Assembly: GCA_050258815.1 (NCBI GenBank)
Contig: JBLMZM010000053.1
Location: 20,060 to 84,059, forward strand
Source: Ignavibacteriales bacterium
Lineage (GTDB): Bacteria > Bacteroidota > Ignavibacteria > Ignavibacteriales > SURF-24
Length of the DNA: 64,000 nucleotides
Reading direction: 5' to 3'
The notes under the pieces are model-generated. The model ran no database searches. It saw nothing but the letters and a program-made list of their open reading frames with translations, and had not been told where the DNA came from. Of this stretch, positions 55,112-63,534 are shown piece after piece. The position numbers and the translations under genes were made by a program. Each line of letters opens with the position of its first letter. Position 1 is the stretch's first letter.

Positions 55112-55912
55112 AACAGAAAAACTCTTAGCCTGGGGTTCACTAAACCCGGATTCCGGAGATGGTCCCGGAGCCGATAAATTCAGGCCTGTTTTTTCCTGTG
55201 TCATAATGTGCCTTATTACCACCGAAGCGCAATAGCATCCGAAAATAGGAGGCATATATGAGATTGTGCCCACAGTGGATTTTTTATTCCTCTGCAGGTC
55301 AATTATTACCGATTCCTTTACTATTTCTTCCGGAGAGAATACAACTTTACATCCTTTGTATACTCCCAGCTTATATAATCTTTTTCTGATTTTGCGGGCC
55401 AAAGTACAGTTATACGATTCAGAAATATCAGCTACTCTAACCTGTGAGGGATCGAATTTGGCGCCTGCTCCCATGGAGCTTATGACCGGCACTCCATTTT
55501 TAACGCACTGAAAAATGAGATTTACCTTTGGGGAAAGCGTATCTATGGCATCCACCACATAATCGAAGTTCTTCGTCACCAGTTCCTCCATACACCTGTC
55601 CTCAATGTATTCACCTATCACGCTGAGCCTGAGCTCGGGATTTATATCCTTTAACCGTTGGGCCACTACCTCTGCCTTGCTTTTACCCTGTGTACTCGAC
55701 AAAGCGGGCAGCTGCCTGTTGCGGTTGCTTATATCGACCTTGTCGCCGTCAACAATTGTCATTTCACCTATCCCTGCGCGGCAGATCAATTCTGCAGCAT
55801 ATGCGCCAACTCCTCCGAGTCCCAAAACGAGCACGCGTGCATTAAAGAAATTTTCAAGCCTCTCCCTGCCCACTAATAACTGTGTGCGTGATAACCAGTC
55901 AATATTATTCAT
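55082..55912 (-). CDS. tcdA: tRNA threonylcarbamoyladenosine dehydratase (ThiF-family, TcdA-like)
   Basis: 276 aa. The ThiF/E1-like nucleotide motif VLGLGGVGAYAAE and DGDKVDISNRNRQ are present. A low-complexity C-terminal tail overlaps the convergent radical SAM gene by 30 nt. Confidence 0.75.
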   Translation of the reverse strand: MNNIDWLSRTQLLVGRERLENFFNARVLVLGLGGVGAYAAELICRAGIGEMTIVDGDKVDISNRNRQLPALSSTQGKSKAEVVAQRLKDINPELRLSVIGEYIEDRCMEELVTKNFDYVVDAIDTLSPKVNLIFQCVKNGVPVISSMGAGAKFDPSQVRVADISESYNCTLARKIRKRLYKLGVYKGCKVVFSPEEIVKESVIIDLQRNKKSTVGTISYMPPIFGCYCASVVIRHIMTQEKTGLNLSAPGPSPESGFSEPQAKSFSVSDEEQDVLS

Positions 55913-56597
55913 AATCCCTAAAAAATAAATTATTAAAATTTTTCGCCATCTGAAGCTTTAATTCCTCCAGAGTAATATTTTTAAGTTCACAGGCCCTCAG
56001 ATATATCTCCTCTATAGACATATTTGAGTCGTCACATTCCAGGAAAAAAAGATCATCCGGCACCTCCGGGAATGTGGCCGGAACCCTGGATTTCTTATTG
56101 AACAGGAATTTGCCAAACGACAGATAGCAGTTGTGCTTTAACAGCTGGCCGGCACTCTGGCTGTTGCCATTGAATCCATGAATGATCCATGGAGTCGTAA
56201 ACTTAAATCTTTTCCTGATAGCAATTATATCCGAAACCGCCCTTACACAATGTATCATCAGCGGCTTCTTTACGGCCTCAGCTATCTGCAGCTGGGCTAT
56301 AAACAGCTCACTCTGCACATCCAGCGGTACAGCAATTGCACGGTCCAGTCCCGCCTCACCAATTGCCAGTATATTTTTATGCACCGAGGCTTTCCTGACG
56401 GCATTTATTGCCGCCTCAGCAGATACACCGGCTATTTTCCAGGGATGGAGCCCTGCAGTATAATAACAGCCTTCCCTGAGCAAATAATTTTCAAAGTCTT
56501 CCGCAAAGATATTTATCAGCGCAAGTTCACCGGAACCGCAGGTATCCTTGTGGGTATGGATGTTTATGAAAAGAGTCTTCGCAGAAGTGAGTTTCAT
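55905..56597 (-). CDS. TatD-family metal-dependent hydrolase
   Basis: The ATG at 56597 gives MKLTSAKTLFINIHTH (the HxH metal motif), with GEAGLD and IHGF motifs later. The stop overlaps the tcdA start by 8 nt. Confidence 0.75.
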   Translation of the reverse strand: MKLTSAKTLFINIHTHKDTCGSGELALINIFAEDFENYLLREGCYYTAGLHPWKIAGVSAEAAINAVRKASVHKNILAIGEAGLDRAIAVPLDVQSELFIAQLQIAEAVKKPLMIHCVRAVSDIIAIRKRFKFTTPWIIHGFNGNSQSAGQLLKHNCYLSFGKFLFNKKSRVPATFPEVPDDLFFLECDDSNMSIEEIYLRACELKNITLEELKLQMAKNFNNLFFRDYE

Positions 56598-56690
56598 TCG
56601 ACCTGTCTTTCTTAAATCCGTGGGCAAAAATACTAATTTCAGAGCTTCTCTTCAAAGCTAAAAATAATCATACCATGATAATTAACGCAA

Positions 56691-56982
56691 TTACATGTTC
56701 TTTTTTGCAGAGTTCACTCCCAAATCCTGCCTCATCAGCCTGGCGATCATGCGTTTTATGAACTGATCCTTGTCAATTGAGATTCCGATTTCACAATTTG
56801 GAGCCTTGGCTTCATCAATTTTTGTGTACCCATCATCAGTAATGGTCACAGTCGATAATAACCTTCTGCCTTTCCGCGGTTTTTCCCCCGCGCTGCAGTG
56901 ACTTTACCTGCGGGAAAATCCCGTTTTGACTCGAATTTAGCAGAAAAGGAATCAGCATACCGATCAGCAAAAGGTTTTTCAT
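56691..56982 (-). pseudogene. decayed inosine-uridine-preferring nucleoside hydrolase-like gene (frameshift plus large internal deletion)
   Basis: Not in the ORF track. The minus strand reads MKNLLLIGMLIPFLLNSS...RQKVIIDCDHY*. In the +1 frame it continues ITDDGYTKIDEAKAPNCEIGISIDKDQFIKRMIARL...*. The DxDxxxDD signature is split by a frameshift and joined directly to a C-terminal-like segment. The remnant is about 290 nt, against about 900-950 nt for intact genes. Confidence 0.45.
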
Positions 56983-57288
56983 GGCTTTCTTCCCGGATAG
57001 TTTATGATCAACTTATAAAATCCCCCTAATAATTGCAATCGTCCCCGTTTGGGCATCCCATATTCACTTGCTTATTAATAATAACTTAGTTAAAATTATT
57101 CAAAAATGAGGAGCCTTTACCTGCGGGGAAGGTTCTGAAAATCTGTTATTTCTTTCGTCTCTTCCCCACGGAAAAGAAATTTCTTTGTTATTCACTCCCT
57201 CTGATTTTTAAATAATTTCCGGATATAACTCCGCACAGTACTTAGAGTAGTAATTTATAATTTATTTTTTCTCTGACAGGAGGGCAAA

Positions 57289-58023
57289 ATGCTACACAGT
57301 GTAAAAACTCTGGAAGGCTATGATATCCTTGCTTCAGACGGTAAACTGGGGAAAGTCTATGAATTCTACTTTGACGACAGCGACTGGTTTATTCAGTATC
57401 TTATCGTGGATATCGGGCACTGGCTATATGGCAAATTTGTGCTCATTGAACCTCAGGACATGCTTCAGCCTGATAATTCAGAAAAGATATTTCCGGTACT
57501 CCTGACGAAAGAACAGATCGAAAACAGCCCGGATATTTCAACGAAAAAGATCAGGCTGCACAGGGACTCCTATCTGGTGAATGAATACGGCTGGCCCAAT
57601 TTCTTTGAGACCACCGAAAGCTTTTATTCGGATACAATCTCTGAATCTGAGCTGAATAAGGATACCGGAAGCACAGTTAAACACACAGGCTACGATCCTC
57701 ATCTCAGGAGCACCTGGGAAGTTACAGGATATAAAATACACGCCAGCGACGGCGAAATAGGTCATGTGGACGATATACTATTTGACGACGTAAACTGGAA
57801 GGTTAAGTACCTGTGTGTTAATCTCAGGAACTGGCTGCCGGGCGGTAAGAAGGTACTTTTACCAGTCCTGCTAATCTCGAAAGTGGACTCCGAGGGGCAA
57901 AATATATTTATCGATATTCCAAGGGAAAAGATTAAAAACGGACCCGAATTTCATGAGTCAAACCTTGGAGACGAAAAATACAGGGAAATAGTTACCGGTT
58001 ATTATACCGGTAAGAACAGATGA
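57289..58023 (+). CDS. tandem PRC-barrel domain protein
   Basis: 244 aa with two PRC-barrel-like units (LEGYDILASDGKLGKVYEFYFDDSDWFIQYLIVD; VTGYKIHASDGEIGHVDDILFDDVNWKVKYLCVN). Confidence 0.75.
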   Translation: MLHSVKTLEGYDILASDGKLGKVYEFYFDDSDWFIQYLIVDIGHWLYGKFVLIEPQDMLQPDNSEKIFPVLLTKEQIENSPDISTKKIRLHRDSYLVNEYGWPNFFETTESFYSDTISESELNKDTGSTVKHTGYDPHLRSTWEVTGYKIHASDGEIGHVDDILFDDVNWKVKYLCVNLRNWLPGGKKVLLPVLLISKVDSEGQNIFIDIPREKIKNGPEFHESNLGDEKYREIVTGYYTGKNR

Positions 58024-58092
58024 AAAGACTGAAGTAGTTGTTCATTTAATTAAAATTGCCGGGTATTAAATCATCCGGCCAGGGAGATACTA

Positions 58093-58839
58093 TTGATGAT
58101 AAATGAAAAGGATGCATATAAGAGGACCATTGGAAATATGTCCGGATCAGAGAGTAACTTAAAGGTGAGTGGCGTTAATGCAGGGGATAATACCTTTCTT
58201 TCTGCAGGATACTTTTGTGATGAACTAAATATGCTGCAGGCAGTAAGGTCTACACTTTATAATCACAATCATATTCTCATTACAATTCCTGATTTTATTG
58301 ATGCACTGGGCACATTCGAGGATTATATTAATCAAATCACGGATATGTACAAAGATGCAAGAAAACAGCTTGTCCACTATATCTCGAAATTTGCCAGGGC
58401 AATTAAAACTTACGCCGTTATGACTGAAAACGGAGATCTTATTGAAGAGACATCCATCAAAGAGAGCGATTGTGAGATCATGCACAACGATGATCTTCTG
58501 AATCTTGGCAAAAATATTCTGGAATACGCCAGGATGTACATGCAGTCGCCCAACCCATTCGGAATTTTCAACCAGACGTTCGAGGATTGTGAGAATGTAA
58601 TAGATAATTTCAGCTATGCCATCGACCGCTCCGGAAGCGGGGTATTTGAAAAAAACAGGTGGAAGGACATGCACGATGCGCTCTATAGCCAGGCGCATGA
58701 CTTACTGAATAATACGATTGATAAAATGTCGGACACACTGAAAGCAAATCACCCTGAGTTCTACCGGGAATACCAGGCTTCGAGAATTATCAATAAAACT
58801 ACGGAAGCTGCTCTGCGGAATCCTTTTGATGCAGGATAA
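58093..58839 (+). CDS. hypothetical all-helical protein (family A, copy 2)
   Basis: 248 aa with no signal peptide. It is collinear in conserved positions with 52023-52706 (see findings). Confidence 0.55.
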   Translation: MMINEKDAYKRTIGNMSGSESNLKVSGVNAGDNTFLSAGYFCDELNMLQAVRSTLYNHNHILITIPDFIDALGTFEDYINQITDMYKDARKQLVHYISKFARAIKTYAVMTENGDLIEETSIKESDCEIMHNDDLLNLGKNILEYARMYMQSPNPFGIFNQTFEDCENVIDNFSYAIDRSGSGVFEKNRWKDMHDALYSQAHDLLNNTIDKMSDTLKANHPEFYREYQASRIINKTTEAALRNPFDAG

Positions 58840-58851
58840 GGTGCCACTGAT

Positions 58852-59436
58852 CTAGTTCTTTGTACTATTTTTCCCGGCCTTTTGCACTTCCAGGTATAAC
58901 TGATGAAACATTTCCGTCAGTTCACGCCTCTGGTAATGAGCATTCAAGCCGCTTGGGCTGGGAAGGACCCATATTTTTGTTTTTCCCAGCTTTTCAGGCT
59001 GGAGTCCCAGTACTGCCTTTGGCACTCCAAAGGCAGTACGGTAGGCCCCTATGCCAAGTATGGCCATATATTCCGGTTTGTATATATCAAGCTTTTCCAG
59101 GAGCCTTCGCCCCCCTTCTCTATATTCTTCAGTTTTCAGTTCATCGGCTGCAGCGGTTGCCCTTTCAACTACATTTGTTATTCCATATCCCAGTTTTAAC
59201 AGTTCGGTTTCCTCATATGGTGAAAGCAGCCTTTCTGTAAAGCCTGCTGCGTGCAGCACCGGCCAGAAACGGTTGCCAGGCCGGGCAAAGTGATGCCCCA
59301 CTGCGGCAGTATAAAGCCCGGGATTTATGCCACAAAACAGTACCCTGAGTCCCGGACTAATAATATCCCCGACTTTTTTGCCTGCAGCCGCCTGAATCTC
59401 TTCCCTGGTCGGTCTGTGTTTAATTGTTGCATTCAT
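58852..59436 (-). CDS. mug: G/U mismatch-specific (double-strand uracil) DNA glycosylase
   Basis: VLFCGINPGLYTAAVGHHFARPGNRFWPVL is the Mug/TDG active-site signature. The ATG at 59436 is preferred over the TTG at 59442. Confidence 0.85.
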   Translation of the reverse strand: MNATIKHRPTREEIQAAAGKKVGDIISPGLRVLFCGINPGLYTAAVGHHFARPGNRFWPVLHAAGFTERLLSPYEETELLKLGYGITNVVERATAAADELKTEEYREGGRRLLEKLDIYKPEYMAILGIGAYRTAFGVPKAVLGLQPEKLGKTKIWVLPSPSGLNAHYQRRELTEMFHQLYLEVQKAGKNSTKN

Positions 59437-59583
59437 GCACAAATTTCCTCTATATTTAATTGCCTGGTTAAAAAACTGTTTTTTTATCCGTCCTTTAACA
59501 TAAACTTAATAATAAACGGCACATTTTTAAAGACAATCCGTCAAAAGTATCATAAATCATATTTATCAACAATTCTGAACCTT

Positions 59584-60762
59584 ATGGAAAACACTAACAA
59601 AATTGACCGCCGTAAGTTCTTTAAATTACTGGCAGCCGGTGGGATAGGCACTGCATTTTCCCCTCTGCTGTTACAGAACATTTTTGCAAAGCAGCCCCCA
59701 ATAACGGGTACAAAACCTGCGACTAATATTAATGAGGCTCTCAGCTACCCCCGCACTTTAAGCTCAATGCCGGGCAGGTTCCCTGGTAAGGTTGCCCAGA
59801 TCTATCATGAAAATTGTATCACCAGCAACAAGATCGATCAGGATGCAGCAGGCGAAATGGTTAAAAAGGGCATGCTTAGCCTGACCGGGGCTGGAAATAT
59901 CTCGGATGCATGGAAGATGTTCGTTTCACCAAATGAAGTTATTGGACTAAAGGTAAACCCAATCGGCGGGGCCCTGCTCTCGACGAGCGTTGAAATTGTA
60001 AGGTCAGTTATCCGGCAGCTGGAAGAGGCCGGTATCCCCAAAAAGAACATTGTAATCTGGGACAGAAGGATGCCTGACCTCGAACAAGCCGGCTTTACGG
60101 AACAGAATTTCCCCGGTATTAAGATATCGGCCACAGAGTTCAAGGATAAAAACGGATCTTTTTACGACGCCAATGGGAAACTCTATAGCGAGGAGATGAT
60201 TGACAAGAAATGGTATTACTGGGCTGATGTGGAGGAAAAATATGATGCAGAAACAATTCCCTATATGATAAATGAGGGGAAATTCTCATATTTTACTAAA
60301 ATTGTCACACAGCAGGTCGATAAAATCATTAACATCCCGATTCTAAAAAATGCCGGGGCTTCAGTTACGCTGGCCCTGAAGAATCTTGCCTTCGGCAGCA
60401 TATCTAATACCTCAAGACTGCACAAGGAACTCTGGGCAGAAACCTGTGCCGAAGTATGCGCTTTCCCGCCCCTTCGCGACAAGGTGGTCCTTAATATTGT
60501 AGATGGGATCAAAGGATGCTTCCAGGGGGGACCCGGTGCCAACCCGCAGTTCTTTACAGAATATAAGACCGTACTTGTGGCTACTGACCCGGTTGCAACC
60601 GACAGAATTGGATATGAAATCGTAATTAAGAAAAGAATTGCCGAGAATATACAAAAAACAGATTCTCCCAGGGGACGCAGTTTTATGGACCTGGCCGAAA
60701 AGCTTCAGCTCGGAGTGGCCGACCTGGAAAAGATAAAAGTCGAAAAAATAACAATTTCCTGA
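59584..60762 (+). CDS. Tat-signal DUF362-like protein
   Basis: The ATG at 59584 gives MENTNKIDRRKFFKLLAAGGIGTAF, a twin-arginine signal. VIGLKVNPIGG and later segments resemble DUF362. The ORF-track extension to 59251 overlaps mug and is rejected. Confidence 0.6.
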   Translation: MENTNKIDRRKFFKLLAAGGIGTAFSPLLLQNIFAKQPPITGTKPATNINEALSYPRTLSSMPGRFPGKVAQIYHENCITSNKIDQDAAGEMVKKGMLSLTGAGNISDAWKMFVSPNEVIGLKVNPIGGALLSTSVEIVRSVIRQLEEAGIPKKNIVIWDRRMPDLEQAGFTEQNFPGIKISATEFKDKNGSFYDANGKLYSEEMIDKKWYYWADVEEKYDAETIPYMINEGKFSYFTKIVTQQVDKIINIPILKNAGASVTLALKNLAFGSISNTSRLHKELWAETCAEVCAFPPLRDKVVLNIVDGIKGCFQGGPGANPQFFTEYKTVLVATDPVATDRIGYEIVIKKRIAENIQKTDSPRGRSFMDLAEKLQLGVADLEKIKVEKITIS

Positions 60763-60768
60763 CACAAT

Positions 60769-61656
60769 ATGAGAGCATTTTACGTGAAAACTTTTCTATC
60801 TGGTGTATTATTGTTTTGTGCATTTAGTCTCGTTTCAGCTGGTACCAAAGAGATACCCTCACTCGCACCTTCAGATATTCCCGGAGTAACGATTATCAGA
60901 AACGAGTATTTCGACGGTAAATCCCTCTGGGGCTATATTGACGGAGGGGCCGACGTATATCTCGAATATGGATTCAACAGACTTCTGCTCCAGGAGATAA
61001 ACTTTGAACAAAAACACATCAGGCTTGAGATTTACCAGATGAAAGATTCCGCATCAGCGTTCGGTATTTTCTCCATCTCGCGTTTTAAATGCTCTTCAAA
61101 CGATACGCTCTCGCGCCTTAGCTGTATTTCACCGTACCAGCTGCAGGTGGCCAGAAACGACCTCTATATTTCAATTATTAATGACAATGGTACTCCCGAA
61201 GAACAGCTCTTTAGCCTGCAGGTGGCAGAGATTATACTCCGGAAAACGGAGCGGGATTCGTTCAGGATCCCGCCGTTTTTCGAAAAAGAGGTATTCAAAC
61301 CCTTTAGCGGGGAATTAAAGTTCTTTAAGGGTAAACTCGGCATACAGAATGGATTTCCAGCCTGGGCCGATCAGTTTGAGAATTTTAATAAATTTACAAT
61401 TTATTTACTTCCGGCTGAGACTCAATCCGGATACGCATACAGCTCCCTCATACGGTTCTATTCTGATGAGGACCTCTTAACTTTCTACAAACTGATGGGA
61501 TTCAACCCTATACTGAGCAATATGGTGCAGACCACGACAAAAAACGGAATTATCCGCGCTATACGCCTTCTGCCTGACCAGAGCATTCTTTACCTGGAAA
61601 CCGGCTATGCCGCTTCTGAAGCAGAAGCTTTTCTAAAAGCCTTAAAGGAAATGTAG
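60769..61656 (+). CDS. hypothetical secreted protein
   Basis: 295 aa with a signal peptide. It starts 6 nt after the DUF362-like gene. It contains an LWGYIDGGADVYLEYGF segment; I cannot confidently assign a family. Confidence 0.5.
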   Translation: MRAFYVKTFLSGVLLFCAFSLVSAGTKEIPSLAPSDIPGVTIIRNEYFDGKSLWGYIDGGADVYLEYGFNRLLLQEINFEQKHIRLEIYQMKDSASAFGIFSISRFKCSSNDTLSRLSCISPYQLQVARNDLYISIINDNGTPEEQLFSLQVAEIILRKTERDSFRIPPFFEKEVFKPFSGELKFFKGKLGIQNGFPAWADQFENFNKFTIYLLPAETQSGYAYSSLIRFYSDEDLLTFYKLMGFNPILSNMVQTTTKNGIIRAIRLLPDQSILYLETGYAASEAEAFLKALKEM

Positions 61657-61706
61657 ATGAAAAGGCTGATAATGGTGAAAGCGGCTTAGCAGGAATTAAA
61701 GAAGCA

Positions 61707-62363
61707 TTATTTGATTCTGAGCATTTTACTGTCAGGCGTATAATTAACTATTTCGGGGTTTTCCAGGTTAATCAGAGCCTGTACGAATTTTTTGATCCTT
61801 TCAATGGACTCATTTATTACGTAGAAATCCTCGTCCAGTTTTTGTTTTTTTGCGGCTTCCAGCTCTGATTCAAGGTTCTTCAGGGACATAATCAGACTGC
61901 TAAGCGGATTATTAATCTGATGACCTATGGTACAGGCCATTTCCACCAAGGCTTTATTGTGCTCGATGCTTTTAAGCTCATTCTGAAGGTTGTGTATCCT
62001 GATGCCGGAACGAATTCTGGCCAGCAACTCCTGGTTTTCAATCGGTTTTACAAGAAAATCGTCGGCACCTATATCCAGCCCGGTTACCCTGTCCTTAAGT
62101 GAAGCCCTGGCAGTCAGCAGAATAAAATAAATCAGCTTAAATTTATCGTCTTTTTTGATAATATTGCACAATTCAATGCCATCCATTACAGGCATGGTCC
62201 AGTCTGCTACAACCACCTTGGGCGTATATGTTTCAAGGGCCTGAAGAGCCTCGGAGCCATTGTTGGCGGTTTTGACCTCATAATTGTTCTTTGTCAGTAA
62301 CCTTTCCAGAATGAACCTGGTATCCTCTTCATCCTCGACAATTAAAATTCTGTCTTTATCCAT
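61707..62363 (-). CDS. response regulator receiver fused to a DHp/H-box-like helical domain (no ATPase domain)
   Basis: 218 aa. The receiver has VEDEED, VVADWTMPVMDG, LLTA and VKP. It is followed by TIGHQINNPLSSL (H-box-like), and the protein ends about 70 aa later without N/G boxes. Confidence 0.8.
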   Translation of the reverse strand: MDKDRILIVEDEEDTRFILERLLTKNNYEVKTANNGSEALQALETYTPKVVVADWTMPVMDGIELCNIIKKDDKFKLIYFILLTARASLKDRVTGLDIGADDFLVKPIENQELLARIRSGIRIHNLQNELKSIEHNKALVEMACTIGHQINNPLSSLIMSLKNLESELEAAKKQKLDEDFYVINESIERIKKFVQALINLENPEIVNYTPDSKMLRIK

Positions 62364-62759
62364 TTAATTCGCTATTAGTTTATTTACTTTGTTAAGCAAG
62401 TCATTATAATCAATAATTGGTTTTACAATATAATCATCTGCCAGGCTCTCTTCAAAGTAGTTATTTGGCCCAATATTTTTCTGGTATGCCGTAACCAAAA
62501 GGATAGGAATTTTGGAAAATTTCTCGTTTTGCTTGATAAATTTGGATAGAATAACGCCATCCACCTTTTCGCCGTTCATATATGTGTTTTTAAGGTTTAT
62601 ATCCATAATAATAAGATTTGTATTATCCTCATTGATCTTCTCTATCAGCTTGTCCCCGTCTTCAATGGTAGAGGTCTTATACTTTGTCTTTGAAAACAGG
62701 TACTTGTAAAATTCCTGTGTAAAAGGATCATCTTCAACAATGATAATGTTTTGTTCCAT
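62364..62759 (-). CDS. single-domain response regulator (CheY-like)
   Basis: 131 aa. VEDD, IIMDINL, LVTAY and VKP occupy the canonical receiver positions. Confidence 0.85.
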   Translation of the reverse strand: MEQNIIIVEDDPFTQEFYKYLFSKTKYKTSTIEDGDKLIEKINEDNTNLIIMDINLKNTYMNGEKVDGVILSKFIKQNEKFSKIPILLVTAYQKNIGPNNYFEESLADDYIVKPIIDYNDLLNKVNKLIAN

Positions 62760-62760
62760 T

Positions 62761-63534
62761 TTATTTCCCTGAATATTTAACTATAATACTAATTCTTCGG
62801 TTAACTATGTCATAGGGGTCATTAGTATTCCTTAGACGTTTGTCGGCGTATCCTCTAACTTCATCTATCTGCTCCTGCTTAACTCCGCCTTCGGTAAGAA
62901 ACCTTCTGGCCGAATTAGCCCTTTCGGAGCTCAGTTCAAAATTCGTATATCCAACTCCGTTACCGCTGTATGGGCGCGAATCTGTATGCCCCTCAATTAC
63001 AATTTTATTCTGCAGCTTCTGAAGTTCAGCACCTATTTTTTTAATAAGCGCCTGGGCGTGAGGTTTTAACTGGGCAGTACCAATCTCAAAAAATATATCA
63101 TCAAAAGATTCCACTATTTCAATTCTGAGTCCTTCTTCCACAAATTCAATCTTTATCTGATCGCTCAAGTCCTTGAATTCGGGACTCTCGGATAAATCAT
63201 GAATTATGGCCTCGCCCATTTGTGTCAGTTTCTGCCTTTCTGCTTCCTTCTGCTCCATCTGGGTTTTTAAATTAAGGTCCATTATAGAGGCACCCTTTCC
63301 ATTCAGCACACTGCGGCTTTTTTTGGAACTGAAACCCACCGGATCCTTGAAATAACCGGCAACCGATTCCTTTACCTCAGCACTCTGCCCCAGAATCCAA
63401 AGCACAATAAAGAGAGCCATCATAGCCGTGACAAAATCTGCGTAAGCTACCTTCCATGCGCCTCCGTGGTGCCCGGCATGCCCCTTCTTCTTTTTCTGGA
63501 TTATTATCGGGCCCTGCCCTTCTCCGAGACTCAT
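62761..63534 (-). CDS. motB: flagellar motor stator protein MotB (OmpA-like C-terminus)
   Basis: 257 aa. The WKVAYADFVTAMMALFIVLW plug/TM segment contains the conserved Asp. The C-terminal OmpA-like segment is GHTDSRPY...NFELSSERANSARRFL. Confidence 0.85.
   Translation of the reverse strand: MSLGEGQGPIIIQKKKKGHAGHHGGAWKVAYADFVTAMMALFIVLWILGQSAEVKESVAGYFKDPVGFSSKKSRSVLNGKGASIMDLNLKTQMEQKEAERQKLTQMGEAIIHDLSESPEFKDLSDQIKIEFVEEGLRIEIVESFDDIFFEIGTAQLKPHAQALIKKIGAELQKLQNKIVIEGHTDSRPYSGNGVGYTNFELSSERANSARRFLTEGGVKQEQIDEVRGYADKRLRNTNDPYDIVNRRISIIVKYSGK

Noticed and set aside
56902-57127. A 13-nt direct repeat CTTTACCTGCGGG at 56902-56914 and 57115-57127.
   Set aside because: A single 13-mer repeat is within chance expectation for 64 kb. 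The flanks do not extend the match, and there is no array-like periodicity.
59251-59583. The 111-codon N-terminal extension of the DUF362-like ORF.
   Set aside because: It overlaps the mug gene on the opposite strand and reads as non-protein-like sequence. The ATG at 59584 gives a perfect Tat signal peptide.
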